DNA of 63,085 nucleotides, filler included, from Rhabdomonas costata (Eukaryota): NCBI GenBank assembly GCA_019059605.1. It is 42 parts of 42 records of this genome, joined end to end, with 100 filler letters (N's around TTAATTAATTAA, not from the genome) between each part and the next. Parts side by side here need not be neighbours in the genome. Positions count along the whole stretch, not along the records: positions 61,681 to 63,085 come from JAHMHO010016907.1; 41 more parts are not named here. One strand, 5' to 3'. Shown piece by piece: positions 61,873 to 63,085 of this stretch (position 1 is its first letter; each line of letters starts with the position of its first letter). The notes under the pieces were generated by a model. It saw only the letters and a program-made list of their open reading frames with translations, ran no database searches and was not told where the DNA came from. The position numbers and the translations under genes were made by a program.

Positions 61873-62520
61873 CTAGCACTTGGTCCGCAATTCTTTGACT
61901 GTACGTGCTAAAAGGGAGTTCTGATCAGGAAAAATATCATCCCGAATCCAACCCTGAGAAAGAAACGGGAGAAGGGTACAATGAAAGACGGTCCGAATTG
62001 AAGAGACTTCGCAAAATGCACACAAAAAAGAAGAAAACCTGCAATATCCTCATCACGGGTTCCATTTTCACACGCGATGTGAAGAGCACACCAACTAGCA
62101 ACCGCAGGTGAACAGCCATGCGCTCAGCAATCGGTTGGCCAAGAGAACGAATGATTGAATCAAAAAGCGTCCAGCAGGCCACAAGAGAATCTCCATCCGA
62201 GCTGACAAGAAGGACTTGAAGGGCTGACAAGTACGAGCAAGGATCTGGTGCAGCCTCACGCACAACAGCAGTCAGAGCTCCAATGACAGAGCCGTCCACT
62301 CTTTTCTGCCCGCAAGACAGAAGATAAGAAAATGAGTGAACGAGACTGAGGTGGGCAAACTGTGATCTGCTCTCAACACACCAAGTTTTCCGAAGCGTAC
62401 TGGAGAAACTGATAGCCTGCTTCTTCTGAATCCATTTCGCTGTCATACCGCGGAGGACAGTTCGTGGCAGAAGACACTTCATCAAATGCTGAATCACAGC
62501 TCACGACCTCCTCACCGCCA
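61873..62520 (-). CDS. Protein ending in a CID (RNA Pol II CTD-interacting)-like domain
   Basis: Exons ..62382, 62305..62039 and 61953..61873, phase 0. VIGALT...LVACWTLFDSIIRSLG...VMRILQ|GWIRDDIFP...*. The upstream boundary is uncertain. Confidence 0.6.
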
Positions 62521-63085
62521 AGAGGCGGGGGGTATTTCTTGTTTTGCGCACATTCAACAAACGTGCGCTCTCCCAAGCTGTTGGATGTCTGAAGCAGTCT
62601 CTCCAGGGTGAAGACCTCCAGTGCGAGTTGGGCAGTCTTGTCCATCTAACTCGACAGCAAATATATCCAGCAGGTGATGCTGAAAAACTCGGACTGGAAG
62701 ACAGACACAGTGATGAACAGTCCATCCTGCTTACCCGCACAAATGTGCACCGATCCATGCACCTGCCAGGTGTGCGGTGTTTGCAGGAGAAAGGCAATCC
62801 AAAGTAAGGAACAGTACGAACCGTGTTTCCCAGATGAGCGTCGAATCATTATTATTAGGCGGTCAAGCAGTTCCCTCGAGATCGATGCCTGTCTGCTTGG
62901 CGATTTCCCACTTTTTTTTTTGCAATTCTTTAACTCTGTCCATTACCACTGACGAAAAAAAACTTGACCTTCCTGATTTGCCGTCGGGGGGGGGGGCTTT
63001 CACCTTTTCACGCTTCCACGTTTCCGATCTTTTCGTAGTTCTCCTTTACCTTGACTTGAAAATGCAGCCGATCCACCCCCACCCC

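Noticed and set aside
1..63085. Gene-sized nanochromosomes with telomeres
   Set aside because: The end tracts are aperiodic, have the wrong strand polarity, and genes are cut mid-exon at contig ends.

Overview
This window is not one locus. It is 42 unrelated short contigs (mostly about 1.40 kb, apparently size-sorted) joined by 41 artificial 100-bp linkers (N44-TTAATTAATTAA-N44, stops in all frames), so adjacency across linkers carries no biological meaning. The DNA comes from an intron-rich flagellated eukaryote: GT-AG introns of about 75-950 bp, axonemal dynein, CRE-type retroposons and tandem bacterial-type PBP1 sensor domains. A euglenid/euglenozoan source is my inference. Most contigs start with G/T-only and end with A/C-only tracts, and several start with fold-back inverted repeats, which points to degenerate-primer whole-genome amplification. 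By splicing exons by hand I identified fragments of a DEAD-box helicase, DEPDC5/Iml1, Moco sulfurase, a fucosyltransferase-like GT, PUS7, NAA25, CMTR1, GLDC, a receiver domain, dynein heavy chain, a ZNFX1-like helicase, a histidine phosphatase, a sAC-like STAND ATPase, BTB, GBP, TSR3, a DHHC palmitoyltransferase and a CID-domain protein. Mobile elements are RTE, two CRE-like copies, Ty3/Gypsy and a Penelope-like remnant. The most interesting items are (1) an intron-containing aerolysin/ETX-MTX2-like beta-pore-forming toxin gene, (2) a Penelope-like RT C-terminus followed by a DnaJ domain instead of a GIY-YIG nuclease, (3) a bacterial-type nucleotidyltransferase with a possible mitochondrial presequence, (4) an intronless GBP-like GTPase with an altered P-loop, and (5) a tandem Venus-flytrap sensor family. 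All family calls are motif recognition by eye; no database searches were run.
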